Made by a program: the position numbers and the translations under genes
From: Octopus sinensis
Taxonomy: Eukaryota
Assembly (NCBI RefSeq): GCF_006345805.1
Contig: NC_043001.1
Span: 111,724,001 to 111,788,000 of the forward strand
Length of the DNA: 64,000 bases
Direction of reading: 5' to 3'
The notes under the pieces: model-generated
Seen by the model: the letters and a program-made list of their open reading frames with translations, nothing else
Told to the model about the DNA's origin: nothing
Databases searched by the model: none
Shown: positions 27,265-38,137 of the stretch, piece after piece
Position numbering within the stretch: position 1 is the stretch's first letter
Layout of the letters: every line of letters begins with the position of its first letter

Positions 27265-27989
27265 TTTGATTTATTCTACACTTACACACAGGAGGAACAA
27301 CTTCAGGTTTTGGATTATTCTTGGGTAGATGTCTTAGGTTCCTATTATTTTGATTATCATGAGTATAATTGTCCTTATTGTTATTAATATTTCTATAGTT
27401 GGTGCTGATATCTAAAGTATTGCTATTTTATTGATCCTTCTGTTTCATCATTTAGGTCTAAATCCTACCATGATTTCTTATATTATTGGTAATGTACTAT
27501 TATTGTTAGTCTTTTTATCCGACTGCATATTGTTGTTATAGATATCACTGATATTTTCATTCTCCTTATTTTCTCCATTAGCCTTATTTCTATTATTTCT
27601 ATTATTAACATTATTACTTCTATTAATATCGGCATTGTTATTATTATTATTATGGAAATTGTGCATCTATACAAAGGATTAATTCACCCTCTCTGTAATG
27701 CTAATAAGCAGGAATTGAGACCCACCTCGTTGTGATTAACAATGGATAAATTGTCGTCGTCTGTGAGTATGTAATCCCTCCTCATATCTCTGGAAATTCA
27801 TATGTGCACTGTGGATTAGGTCACCTTCTCTGTGATGCTATTAAAACTTTTTTAAAATTCTGTGATAAGACTGTACATCATCTTAAAGAACTTTAATGAA
27901 CTTTGGAAATCTGTTTATGTTACTTAATTATCTACATTACTTCATGAGTATAGCCTCAACCACTAGGATGTCTAGAGAACTCACATGTA

Positions 27990-28080
27990 TTTTAGCTGAT
28001 GAGTACGGGACACGTTTATATGCTGTAATTTTTGCAACTTTTAATAAAGCCTGTCCTTGTATGAAACGATTGTACTAAAA
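27990..28080 (+). ncRNA. Type I hammerhead ribozyme motif (right pLTR)
   Basis: TTTTAG-CTGATGA(27996-28002)-GTACGGGACA...TGTCCTTGTAT-GAAA(28063-28066)C-GATT-GTA-CTAAAA; all core residues present; predicted cut after 28074. Confidence 0.8.
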
Positions 28081-28229
28081 ACCTATCCATTCTTGTTGCT
28101 TCTTTCTCGCTTATAATCACCCCACATTACTGTATTGTTAAAACAGTATAGTTTTTTTTGGTGCATCTAAGTTAGGTACCATATTCAAGTAAATTCATTT
28201 AAATTAACTTGAATCTTTATTGCTTTTTG

Positions 28230-28267
<38 letters not shown>

Positions 28268-28825
28268 ATACATATCTCTGTGTGTGTCTAGTGTTTTTAT
28301 ATATACAATAAATAAATACATATATTCATATACATAGTGGACACACACACCACGCATATATACACTCACACCTACCGCCACATCTTTTATTCTAGACATA
28401 CATTACAAAAACCATCACACATAGATCTCTATCTCCATATCAACAAACTATCTTACAAGGTGTTAATTGTTGTGTTAGGTTGGTTACCGCTACATTTGAT
28501 GGATATTACTATAAATACATGACGTTTTAACTTCTTCCTGGCACTGGTGTGAGCGTGAATAGACGTTAAGTGATACATTTACATTTGTGATGAAAACATT
28601 ACAACCAAGTGTAAAATATTTCAAGTTCAGGACGTGTGTTTTATTTGTGAGCTAATGATAATATATAATGGGAAATTGTCTGTGCTTTCAGAAGAGCGTA
28701 ATTTACATTTTAGCATATTTAACACTTTTCTGTCAATTTCTCCCTTAACCTCCCTCTCTTAATATGCATATTAATACATGCATATATACACTCATACATA
28801 TATAAATACATATATATATATATAT

Positions 28826-29147
28826 ATTAGAGGAAAACCACCATGTGGACGCCCATATGCTAGAAATAGATCCGCTACGGTCTCACCACCAAGAAATGTT
28901 CTCAAGAAAAATTTAGCAAAACAACCAAAACGTTTTGGTTGTTTTGCTAAATTTTTCTTGAGAACATTTCTTGGTGGTGAGACCGTAGCGGATCTATTTC
29001 TAGCATATGGGCGTCCACATGGTAGTTTCCCTCTAATTTATATATAATACAGTTTTACTGAACCTTCAGTTTTTTTTATGCTAGACCACTGGTGTGAAAT
29101 CGATGTTAATTAAATTAATATCTAATTTCTCACCCTTATTTTTAAAT
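28826..29147. repeat. Spacerless 212 bp palindrome plus ~110 bp one-sided tail
   Basis: Centre 28931/28932; apparently perfect over 28840-29023; tail related to ~48030-48100; TA-rich flanks. Confidence 0.9.
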
Positions 29148-29227
29148 ACATATATAAGTATATAAGTTCATATCAATAAGTATATATATGCATACACATA
29201 TATACGCATATACATATACAGATACAC

Positions 29228-29640
29228 GTTTTACTTTTTAGTTTCATTTCGAGGACTGCGCCAAGCTGGGGCACCACTGTCCGCTTAGCTACCCTTTCAC
29301 GAAACCTCCTCTGATATGTGACATATGGTGGAGAAGGGAGCTCGACATTGCTGTCCTTAACTGTGTTTTCCTGCCTCTTGGTATGTTCGTCCAGAACTCT
29401 TGACAGAAGGAGGTCCAGTTTTGTTTTGTAAACGCCTACAACCACGCGATGCAGGTCTCTCAGGCTTTGTGGAAAGGGTATTGAAGAGCTGTGGGTCCTT
29501 GAAGGCCAACCTGTTGCAGTATCTGGTCCTATATCCTGATGACAATGTTGGGATTTCTAGTGCTATGAGGTGGCACCCGGCCTTGTACTAACGTTTGGTA
29601 CAAGTTTCTCTACAATTATCTAGATCTATATTACTGCACA
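29228..29640 (-). mobile_element. CR1-like LINE 3' fragment
   Basis: RTRYCNRLAFKDPQLFNTL / VGVYKTKLDLLLSRVLDE followed by a 3' UTR with GGTGCCCCAGCTTGGCGCAGTC...TGAAACTAAAAAG. Confidence 0.75.
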
Positions 29641-29784
29641 GCTTTCCTACCTTCGTTCTAGGGAGTAGAGTCAGAACTCTTTCACTCTCGTATGTATATA
29701 TGAAAATGTATACACATACATAAGCATGTACATGTGTGTATACATGATTATTATACATACATACAAACATACAAACATACATAC

Positions 29785-29837
<53 letters not shown>

Positions 29838-29844
29838 CTTATAT

Positions 29845-30060
29845 TGTGTGAGGAGAATCATTCTCTTTTAGTGCCTTTTTATTTAGCACACTCACCGGTT
29901 AAATTTCCACTTATTCATGTATTTTTTCAAAAATTTACGTTGTGTCTTGCAACCTTTTCAGTGAAAATTCTAGCAAAGTAAATGATGGGAAATCGAACTG
30001 GTGATTGTGTTAAATAATAAGGCACATCAATTCGCATAAAAGAATCTTGCAAACCAAATA
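29845..30060. repeat. Decayed inverted repeat within (TA)n
   Basis: GTGCCTTTTTATTTAGCACACTCACCGGTT (from 29871) pairs with AACTGGTGATTGTGTTAAATAATAAGGCAC (to 30025). Confidence 0.7.
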
Positions 30061-30144
30061 CAAAAACGAAATATATATCTATATATCTTTATGTACATGT
30101 ACATATTTATAAATCCGTATATACATACATACATACATGCATAC

Positions 30145-30176
<32 letters not shown>

Positions 30177-30217
30177 TATATTATATATATAATATATATA
30201 TATATATATATTAATAT

Positions 30218-30292
<75 letters not shown>

Positions 30293-30296
30293 TAAT

Positions 30297-30490
30297 ATTA
30301 GGGAAGTTATTTGCGAGTCCACAGGGGAGAAAAGTTAATTAGTGGTACTAAAATGAATTATTCACTCTGTTATATACATATTTGTAGATAGGTTTAAGAA
30401 ACAGAATCACCTCAAGCAACTCAATCATTATTGGATGCTTGAGGGGTGATTCTGTCTCTTAAACCTATCTATCTATCAATCTATATGTAT
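30297..30490. repeat. Asymmetric hairpin insert within (TA)n
   Basis: Arms 30385-30418 and 30436-30471; unique left extension; long (TA)n on both sides. Confidence 0.75.
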
Positions 30491-30499
30491 ATGTACATA

Positions 30500-30597
<98 letters not shown>

Positions 30598-31208
30598 CAT
30601 ATTTTGATTCTCACGGCTATTAAAATCTGTAATGATAATCACAAAGTGTCCCTCAAAATATGCGGATCTTACAATCGAACATTTATGGTGCATTTTGAAA
30701 TTTTAAATTGATTTACTTCAAGAATGAACCGAGATTCCTTTAACAACCTTTGAAAACCCGTATTAGTCAATTCCCAACGTATTGAACTGTTACTGATGAC
30801 AAAGATGGATGAACTCTGTATTAGAAAACATAACTTCCATTTAGGCATGTATGTTGTCTATATCTGTCTCTGCTACCCGTTTTGTAATCATACCTGGTTC
30901 ACAGACGCAATGGATACTCGCAAGAACGCATGCAACTGGAGGTAGGCATGAGAAAGCCTAATCAGATAACCGATATAACATTTCTAAATGCAATCTGATG
31001 CATCAACTCTCCTACAGTAGTGGTTTAAAATTGTTACTCATGCTTCCGCTACACAGACCGGTTGGTTTTAGGATTGGACTCTCGAACCGAAGGTGCGCTG
31101 AATCAAAAGATACTTTGAGGCACATTGACTGGGTGCATGCACATCTAATTAATGCAGAGCCGCAGATTCACAGATTTGTTTCTTTTAGAAGTATTATATC
31201 CCACCAAT

Positions 31209-31483
31209 TTATTTATTTATGCGCCCTTTTCAAGTCTTGCCAGGGTCATGGGCCCGGTTTCCCGGTTTCTATGGCATATGTGTACCCCCCCAGCTGGGCG
31301 GGACGCCAGTCCATCGCAGCGTTACTCAAAAAGCAGGAGGAAAGAGTGAGAGAAAGTTGGGTCGAAGGAGTACAACACGTGTCGCCACCCCCCTGCCGGA
31401 GTCTCGTGGAGCTTTAGATGTTATCGCTCAATAAACACACATAACACCCGGTCTGGGAATCGAAACCGCGATAATGCCTCCAC
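31209..31483 (-). mobile_element. SINE family C with V-SINE-like segment
   Basis: 13 bp TSD ATATCCCACCAAT at 31196-31208 and 31484-31496; minus strand GCGATGGACTGGCGTCCCG resembles the V domain; tRNA head partly deleted. Confidence 0.88.
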
Positions 31484-31722
31484 ATATCCCACCAATAGGG
31501 TATACGAAAAATTATTTTTCACATGCTACTCAAACATGAAAAGAAATGCTCAATACACACACTCTCTGATACGAGAACTCCTCTGCGATTGACTCCCTAA
31601 GGAGTTAAGGGTCAAGGGGAAAATAATATCGTAGGGATTAATAACGATCCTTGATACAGACATAAGGTCATAAGCTATTGGAGGAGAGCAAAGTTGTTTA
31701 AATAGACTGCAGTATATAAATA

Positions 31723-32280
31723 TTGGGTTGTCCAGAAAGTTCGTGACGATCTTTAAAGGAAAGAAAAAGGTAAATAAATATTTGTCATTACATTTTTAAT
31801 CAACCAAATTTGAACCATTTTGTTGCACAATGCGTCTCCATCTTTCCTTTAACTTGAAAATACCCTCTTCCCAGAACTGAGGTGGTTTCATGGCAAAGAA
31901 TTCATCAAGGTATCTTTTGACGTCATCCAAGGAATTGAAATTTTTACCATTAAGACAATTCTGCAGAGACCTGAATAAGTGGAAATCCGAAGGAGCAATA
32001 TCTGGTGAATATGGAGAGTAGGGTAACACATCCCAGCCGAGCTTCAGCAATTTTTTTCTGGTTCCCAAAGCATCAAGTGCCGAAGAAGAACTTTCTTATC
32101 TTCCATTTTAAAGGGTTACAGAATTAACACGGAACATAAACCTTCTTCCACGAAAAGATAACTTAAACTGTGCTCTACATGGATGTGTAGTCAAATCCTA
32201 TTTTATGGACACAACCATGTTCTAAAATAAGTCAAAAGGTAAGCTACTATAAATCGGCACGAACTTTCCGGACAACCCAA
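31723..32280 (-). mobile_element. Internally deleted mariner (558 bp)
   Basis: TIRs with TA TSD; transposase C-terminus with YSPDIAPSDFHLF; N-terminal MEDKKV..RHLMLW joined to it. Confidence 0.93.
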
Positions 32281-33367
32281 TAGAATTTAATTTTCGACAT
32301 CGGCAGGATGCTAATTCAGAACGTCAAGTGTAGTGTCTGACTAAGCAAAGCACTTAATCAGTCGCTGATCTGATTATACTATCCACTTCATTTTCTCTCA
32401 ATGAATAATAATTTTTAATACGTACTTAGTTTCTCATACTTCGAATGAGCAAAAAGTAGATTGCATTGGTCGCAGTATTTGACAAATACATGAATTACAT
32501 CATTTCAACGACCCCGAAAGGGCAAAAGCCAAGTCAATCTCGATGGGATTTGAATTCACTATGTATAATTCTGTAAATAAATATTACAAGACACTTTGCC
32601 CGCCTCAACACTGATTTTGCCATCGACAGCTATTTACAGTAATGAATAATAATGAAGAAAATTGAATTTAAATATGTAATACTTTTGATTGAATCGACAA
32701 AATTTTGGCTCTGTCTACAAGTGTTGTCTGTATGTGTTCGATTTTTATACATTTTCGCTCCCTGACTTTAGTGAAAATCTCCCAGAAGACACACGTTTTG
32801 TAATTTAATTTACTCAAATAACTTCCAGACATATAAGTAGAACGTAATTCAATTGTTCTCCTCTTATCTATGAAGTAATTGGCCATTAAAAGGGGAGTAA
32901 AATTAATTTTAAAACGAAAAAGCTTAGCCAAGCATGTTTTATCTGTAAACATTTAAAACTATATTTCCGTTGGAACGGCGCTGTTAAAGACATTAAGATG
33001 ACTAGAGAACAAAATAGAAGAATAAAGGAAAGAAAGACAAGAAGCACAAAAAGCTATCATCAATAACAACAAGGATAAAAATAAGTATAACTTGCTACAA
33101 AATCAGCGGCAACAAATATAAAGGAAAAACAACCAAATCTGTAATATAAATATATTAGTGAAAAATTAACACGAAAAAACATAGCATGACAGTAATTGAA
33201 TATGAAGTAGAAAATTTCTGCAAAGGATCTACAATGTACATACAAGCATACATACATCAGATATACATATATATATGTATGTGTGTACATATGTGTATGT
33301 GTGTATGTGTGTGTATAAACGTGTGTATATATGTATATGTATGTATGTGTGTATGTATGTGTATATA

Positions 33368-33418
<51 letters not shown>

Positions 33419-33499
33419 ATTTATGTATATATGTATACGTATGTATAGTTGTACTGCAAATTTTGATAAGTATTCTAGAGATTTTGGTTATGATCACTA

Positions 33500-35215
33500 A
33501 TTTTAGCTTATAATTATAAGAGCATGGGGAAAGACTTTATAGTATGATGAGGGGTTACTATAAAAATCTTTTTTATATATTTATTAATCATATAAGATTT
33601 TTAGAAAATATTTAATAATTAGTGGTTTTTAATCATTTAAATTATTTAATTTATTTTGTATTAAGTATTATTTATCATAGTTATTTTATTAATAAATCTT
33701 ATAGTATAAAGTGATTTTATTCTTTATTTGTGACTTCATCCTATTTAAACTGATAAACCATTAATCTTCATCGATAAAGCGTATTTGTTCCTCACGCTTA
33801 ATGAATTCCTCAACAATTTATTCTTTCTTTGCTAATAACGTAATTCCACGAGTATTCTTATAAACGCTGTAAAGACGTTTTCCGATTCAAAATTTTAGTT
33901 CATTACAAAACCTCGCTAAGATAAGTATTTATTTATATTTAAGATCTTTAAATTGTAAATTTTAATATTTTATAAGTCTTTGGTGTAATAATATTTTCCT
34001 TATGTAAATATTGTTGCTTATGTAATGATCTAATTATCGTAATTTTCTATATTATTAGATATCAAATTTAAGTTTATTCGTAAGATACTACTTAGCGATA
34101 GATTTATGTTTGATAGCAAATATACGAGGTGTCTAAAGTTAGGCTTTTGTATATACATGTATTAATAGCATTAATTGTAGTTTTAAATTTCTTATAATTA
34201 AAATTAGATAAACTTTGATAAACTTAGATATGTTTCGACTAAAGATTGGTCCAGGCCATGTCTAACTTAATAGCATAACTTAGTTATTGTCTTTTAAGAT
34301 TGATATTCGCTAGTTATTCCCATTGATAATTATATTCATAGTATTTATAGTATTTATTCGATACTATATAACTACGAATTGATTATTTCTATAAGTATTT
34401 TACATAAGATTTCGGAAAGTTTGTTTAAGTTTGTTTGTTTGTATTTTTGAAATTAGCTATTTCATCTTTAAATATGAAAAATTAATTTATTAGGTTTTTA
34501 TTATATCTGCATATATATTTATTTATAGAGATTATTTTAGATCTTAATTATAATATTTATATACATTTATATATTTTCATTGATAATTTATATATAATAG
34601 TTATTTTTAAAAGAAAATATTTATGTAATTAGATATAGGCTATTACCGATATTAAATTATTGGTGGGTTTCCTACCTTATAAATTGAAATTAATATTTAA
34701 CATTATAATTGATTTTGATATAATCATAATTGTTAAGTTTTAAGTTTCTAGTTTGATAATAGAGTTTATTATAAGTAAAATTATTATATTATTTATATCT
34801 TAAAAATATTGTTTAAATATTTCTGATTATTTTAAAAATATTTCAATTAACCTGAAGATTGACCGTAACCATAACTCGAATTATTACTTGAATTTAAATT
34901 ATTGTTATTCGAATTGGTACAGCCATGAAACGATCGTAGTGTTTTACACTTTATCTTTTATTAAACTTTTAATACTTTTGATATATATTAAAAAATAAAT
35001 AAATAAATAAATTAATAAAATAATATATAAATATAAAAATATACATACATACATATATATATATTTGTATATATATATATAAAATTTATAAGTTTAAATT
35101 ATTTAAATAATTTTTTATTTTTAACTTTTATATTTTAAATCAATTTTATGTATTGGCTTATGTTTTTCACTGTTTGATTTGCCTAATAGTGGTTTTATCT
35201 CTAATTTAATATATT
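33500..35215 (+). mobile_element. Very AT-rich decayed probable PLE with hammerhead remnant at 34847-34943
   Basis: CTGAAGA(34852)...GAAAC-GATC-GTA(34938), palindromic stem III, decayed stems I and II; 3' end 35140-35215 matches the 47.3-47.6 kb palindrome arms; ends in (TA)n. Left boundary uncertain. Confidence 0.5.
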
Positions 35216-35226
35216 ATATGTATATA

Positions 35227-35278
<52 letters not shown>

Positions 35279-35317
35279 ATATGTATATATATATATAATA
35301 TATATATATATACATAT

Positions 35318-35348
<31 letters not shown>

Positions 35349-35437
35349 TGTGTATGTATATATGTATATATACATATATAGGGTAGTGAATATTCTTTAG
35401 AAATATCACCACCAGTGGCCTATAGTGTATATATATA

Positions 35438-35479
<42 letters not shown>

Positions 35480-36015
35480 TATATATAATATATATATATA
35501 TAAACATCTGTGTGTTTGTATGTGTGCATGTATATACAATGTCATAATTATTTGAATTCTTCCTACTCAGAAAGAACTGGTGTCCAGCGCCGAAATTTGG
35601 ATAAATACGAACGGTAGACCTTACGGGTTATTTGTTGAGTTTTGAAAAGTCTTGCTTGTTGTTATTGTTATGCTTATAGTTTTTATATATAGATGTTTTA
35701 ACACAATTCTTTTTCACACGTGTATATCTTTCTTAGAAGTTTTCTGATACTGATTTCCTAATATTAATAATTGTATATTATTAAAAAATATATATGTATA
35801 TAATCGCTCGTATTAAATATCTAAATAATTTAATAGTATTAATACTTTGATACAATAGAGCACTCAATATAAATTCAGTATATAACATTCTTATTGAATA
35901 TATTTAACTAAATATTTATTTATATATATAAATCTAAGATATTCCTAAGGTATTTTTCGATGTTATTATTATTATTGTTATTATTATTATTAATATTATT
36001 ATTATTATTATTATT

Positions 36016-36082
36016 CAGGTCACTGCTTGGAATCGAACTCGGAATACCGGGGTTAGTAGCCTGCGCTCTTAACCACTCGCCA
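36016..36082 (-). mobile_element. Minimal tRNA-derived SINE (67 bp) with (AAT)n tail
   Basis: Minus strand TGGCGAGTGGTTAAGAGCG...GAGTTCGATTCC..GTGACCTG then (AAT)n at ~35963-36015; A and B boxes present, no acceptor stem. Confidence 0.7.
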
Positions 36083-36282
36083 AAAAATGACTTTCAATAT
36101 TTCTTTCGTCCCTTTATACTTTGAGTTCAAATCCTGTCATGTTCGACTTTTCAGTGTCGAGAAAGTATAATACTTTTCAACTGCTGAAGTATGTGGTGTT
36201 GGCTAACGTCCTCCACTAAAAATTACTGACTAGAAGGTAATAGTGTGACAGACTCTGAATAATGTAGAATAAAATATTGATT

Positions 36283-36657
36283 TCAAATTTTGATACAAAG
36301 CCAGCAATTTCAGGGAAGAGGATAAGTCGATTACATCGAGTCTGAAAGTCTGAAAGGATGAAAAGTAAAGTAGACCTCGGCAGAATTTGAACTCAGAACG
36401 TAAAGACAGACGGAATACCTATTTCTATTTCTTTACTACCCATATGGGGTTAAACACAGAGAGGACAAACAAGGACAGACAAACGGATTACGTCGATTAT
36501 ATCGACCCCAGTGCGTAACTGGTACTTAATTTATCGACCCCGAAAGGATGAAAGGCAAAGTCGACCTCGGCGGAATTTGAACTCAGAACGTAACGATAGA
36601 CAAAATACGGCTACGCATTTCGCCCGGCGTGCTAACGTTTCTGCCAGCTCGCCGCCT
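36283..36657 (-). mobile_element. SINE family B (young copy 36424-36657 plus adjacent partial copy)
   Basis: Close reverse-complement match to 59466-59700. Confidence 0.88.
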
Positions 36658-36969
36658 GCACGCAGGATAAAATATTGAAAGGCATTAAGTTATGTCCCTT
36701 TACCTTCTCCTTCGTTCGAATCCCGGTAGATTCAACATTGTCAAAATCTGTTGTCGATAAAATAAGTGTCAACCGGATATTCGGAATTTGCTTAACGGAC
36801 TTCATCCTTCCCTCAAGTAATCCTCACATTATGCTTCTCCTAGGGATAATTATTTATCCAAAAGAGTGTGTTGTTTGGCAGGATCGACAGACTGTGGCAC
36901 ATTAAGTAAGAATCTTCTACCGAAGCCTTCTCAGTGGGTTTGGTAGACAGAAACTGAAAGAAGCCCGTC

Positions 36970-36999
<30 letters not shown>

Positions 37000-37003
<4 letters not shown>

Positions 37004-37450
37004 GGAAAATCACAAAAAAAACAACAAAAGACAAAGACAGGTGGTGTAGACAACAAACAGAAAGGAACACAGAAAGAAACAAGGAGAGAAAATAAAGAAT
37101 GTGTAGTGGCTAGCGATCTATCATGGTGAAGGCCGGACAGAAGGGCTACACAGGAGAGCTAGGGAGAAGGGGAGACAATAAAATAGTGGTGATCCCAAAA
37201 CGAAGGTGCGCGTGCGTGTGTATAAGAAAGTTTGTATGTGCGTGTGGAAGAGGGCTGGTGATCTTGATGTGTGCGTGTATTCATGTGTAGGTATGAAAAT
37301 GTTGGTCTGTGAAGTGATCAGTGCTGGTGTGTGCGTGGTGGTGTGTTATGTGATGTGTTGTGTGGTATGGTAGTGCATGGTGTAGTGATGTGTGGTGTGA
37401 TAGTATTGGGAGGTGGGGAGACGAGATTGGGGAAAGCAAGGGTGTGGTAT
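37000..37450 (-). mobile_element. Probable PLE fragment, same family as 16920-17160
   Basis: AAAAGACAAAGACAGGT..AACAA and GGCTAGC..TCATGGTG match 16920-17160 in reverse; the ribozyme segment is absent. Confidence 0.6.
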
Positions 37451-37451
37451 A

Positions 37452-37545
37452 CACACGAGGGGATTATGAAAGGTCTTCAGACTAAAAAAAACAAAACAGA
37501 GTACAAGAGTTCAAGACTCAAAACCTTTCATATGCCCCTCGTGTG
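37452..37545. mobile_element. ~94 bp MITE-like element
   Basis: Terminal inverted repeats CACACGAGGGG.TTATGAAAGG / CCTTTCATATGCCCCTCGTGTG; CGAGGG termini are mariner-like. Confidence 0.6.
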
Positions 37546-37556
37546 CATATATATAT

Positions 37557-37615
<59 letters not shown>

Positions 37616-37865
37616 CTGTGCATGTGTGTGCGTGTTTGTTTTTGTGGTCCATGTTTGTTCCCCGATCACTGCTTGACAACCAGTGGTAGCGTATTTAAGT
37701 CTTCGTAAGTTAGCGATTCGGCAAAAGATATCAACGGAATATGTACTGGGGTTAAAAAATAAGTCTTGGGGTGGATTTGTTCGACTAAAAAACCTTCAGG
37801 GCGGTGCTCCAGCATGGCCGCAGTCAAATTATTGAAACAAATAAAAGAGTATATATATATATATA

Positions 37866-38090
37866 CTTTATTTAAAGCAGCAAAAAATTCAACAAAACCT
37901 GTTACTCTGAGTTTCCCGTTGCCGTTCATCGGACAGTTTTTGCTAGAAAAACTGTCCGATGAACGGCAACGGGAAACTCAGAGTAACAGGTTTTGTTGAA
38001 TTTTCTGCTGCTTAAATAAAGCATATTACTCTACCACTGGTATTTGAGTACTCTTTTTTCCACCTTGTTTCACATTAATGTGTTTACTCC

Positions 38091-38092
<2 letters not shown>
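37866..38092. repeat. Near-perfect 156 bp palindrome plus 71 bp tail in (TA)n, with back-to-back hammerhead-like motifs
   Basis: Arms 37866-37941 and 37947-38021; CTGT-CCGATGA-A-CG-GCAA-CG-G-GAAAC-TCAGA-GTA-ACAG at 37952-37989 (+), mirrored at ~37898-37935 (-). Confidence 0.85.

Positions 38093-38137
<45 letters not shown>

Larger units (their letters stand above)
25298..28230 (-). mobile_element. 5'-truncated Penelope-like retroelement with inverted pseudo-LTRs
   Basis: Near-identical ~457 bp inverted arms 25298-25753 and 27653-28110, GIY-YIG remnant between them, a hammerhead in each arm, ~120 bp extra tail on the right, (TA)n on both flanks. Confidence 0.88.
36885..37850 (+). mobile_element. 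SINE family A split by insertions in its internal (TA)n
   Basis: Head to GAAGCCCGTCG(36970)-(TA)n, insert 37000-37545, then (TA)n(TG)n and the family A 3' half. Confidence 0.75.

Noticed and set aside
25330-28078. Two identical 60 aa ORFs on opposite strands
   Set aside because: Consequence of the inverted pseudo-LTRs; they overlap the hammerhead and show no protein motif.
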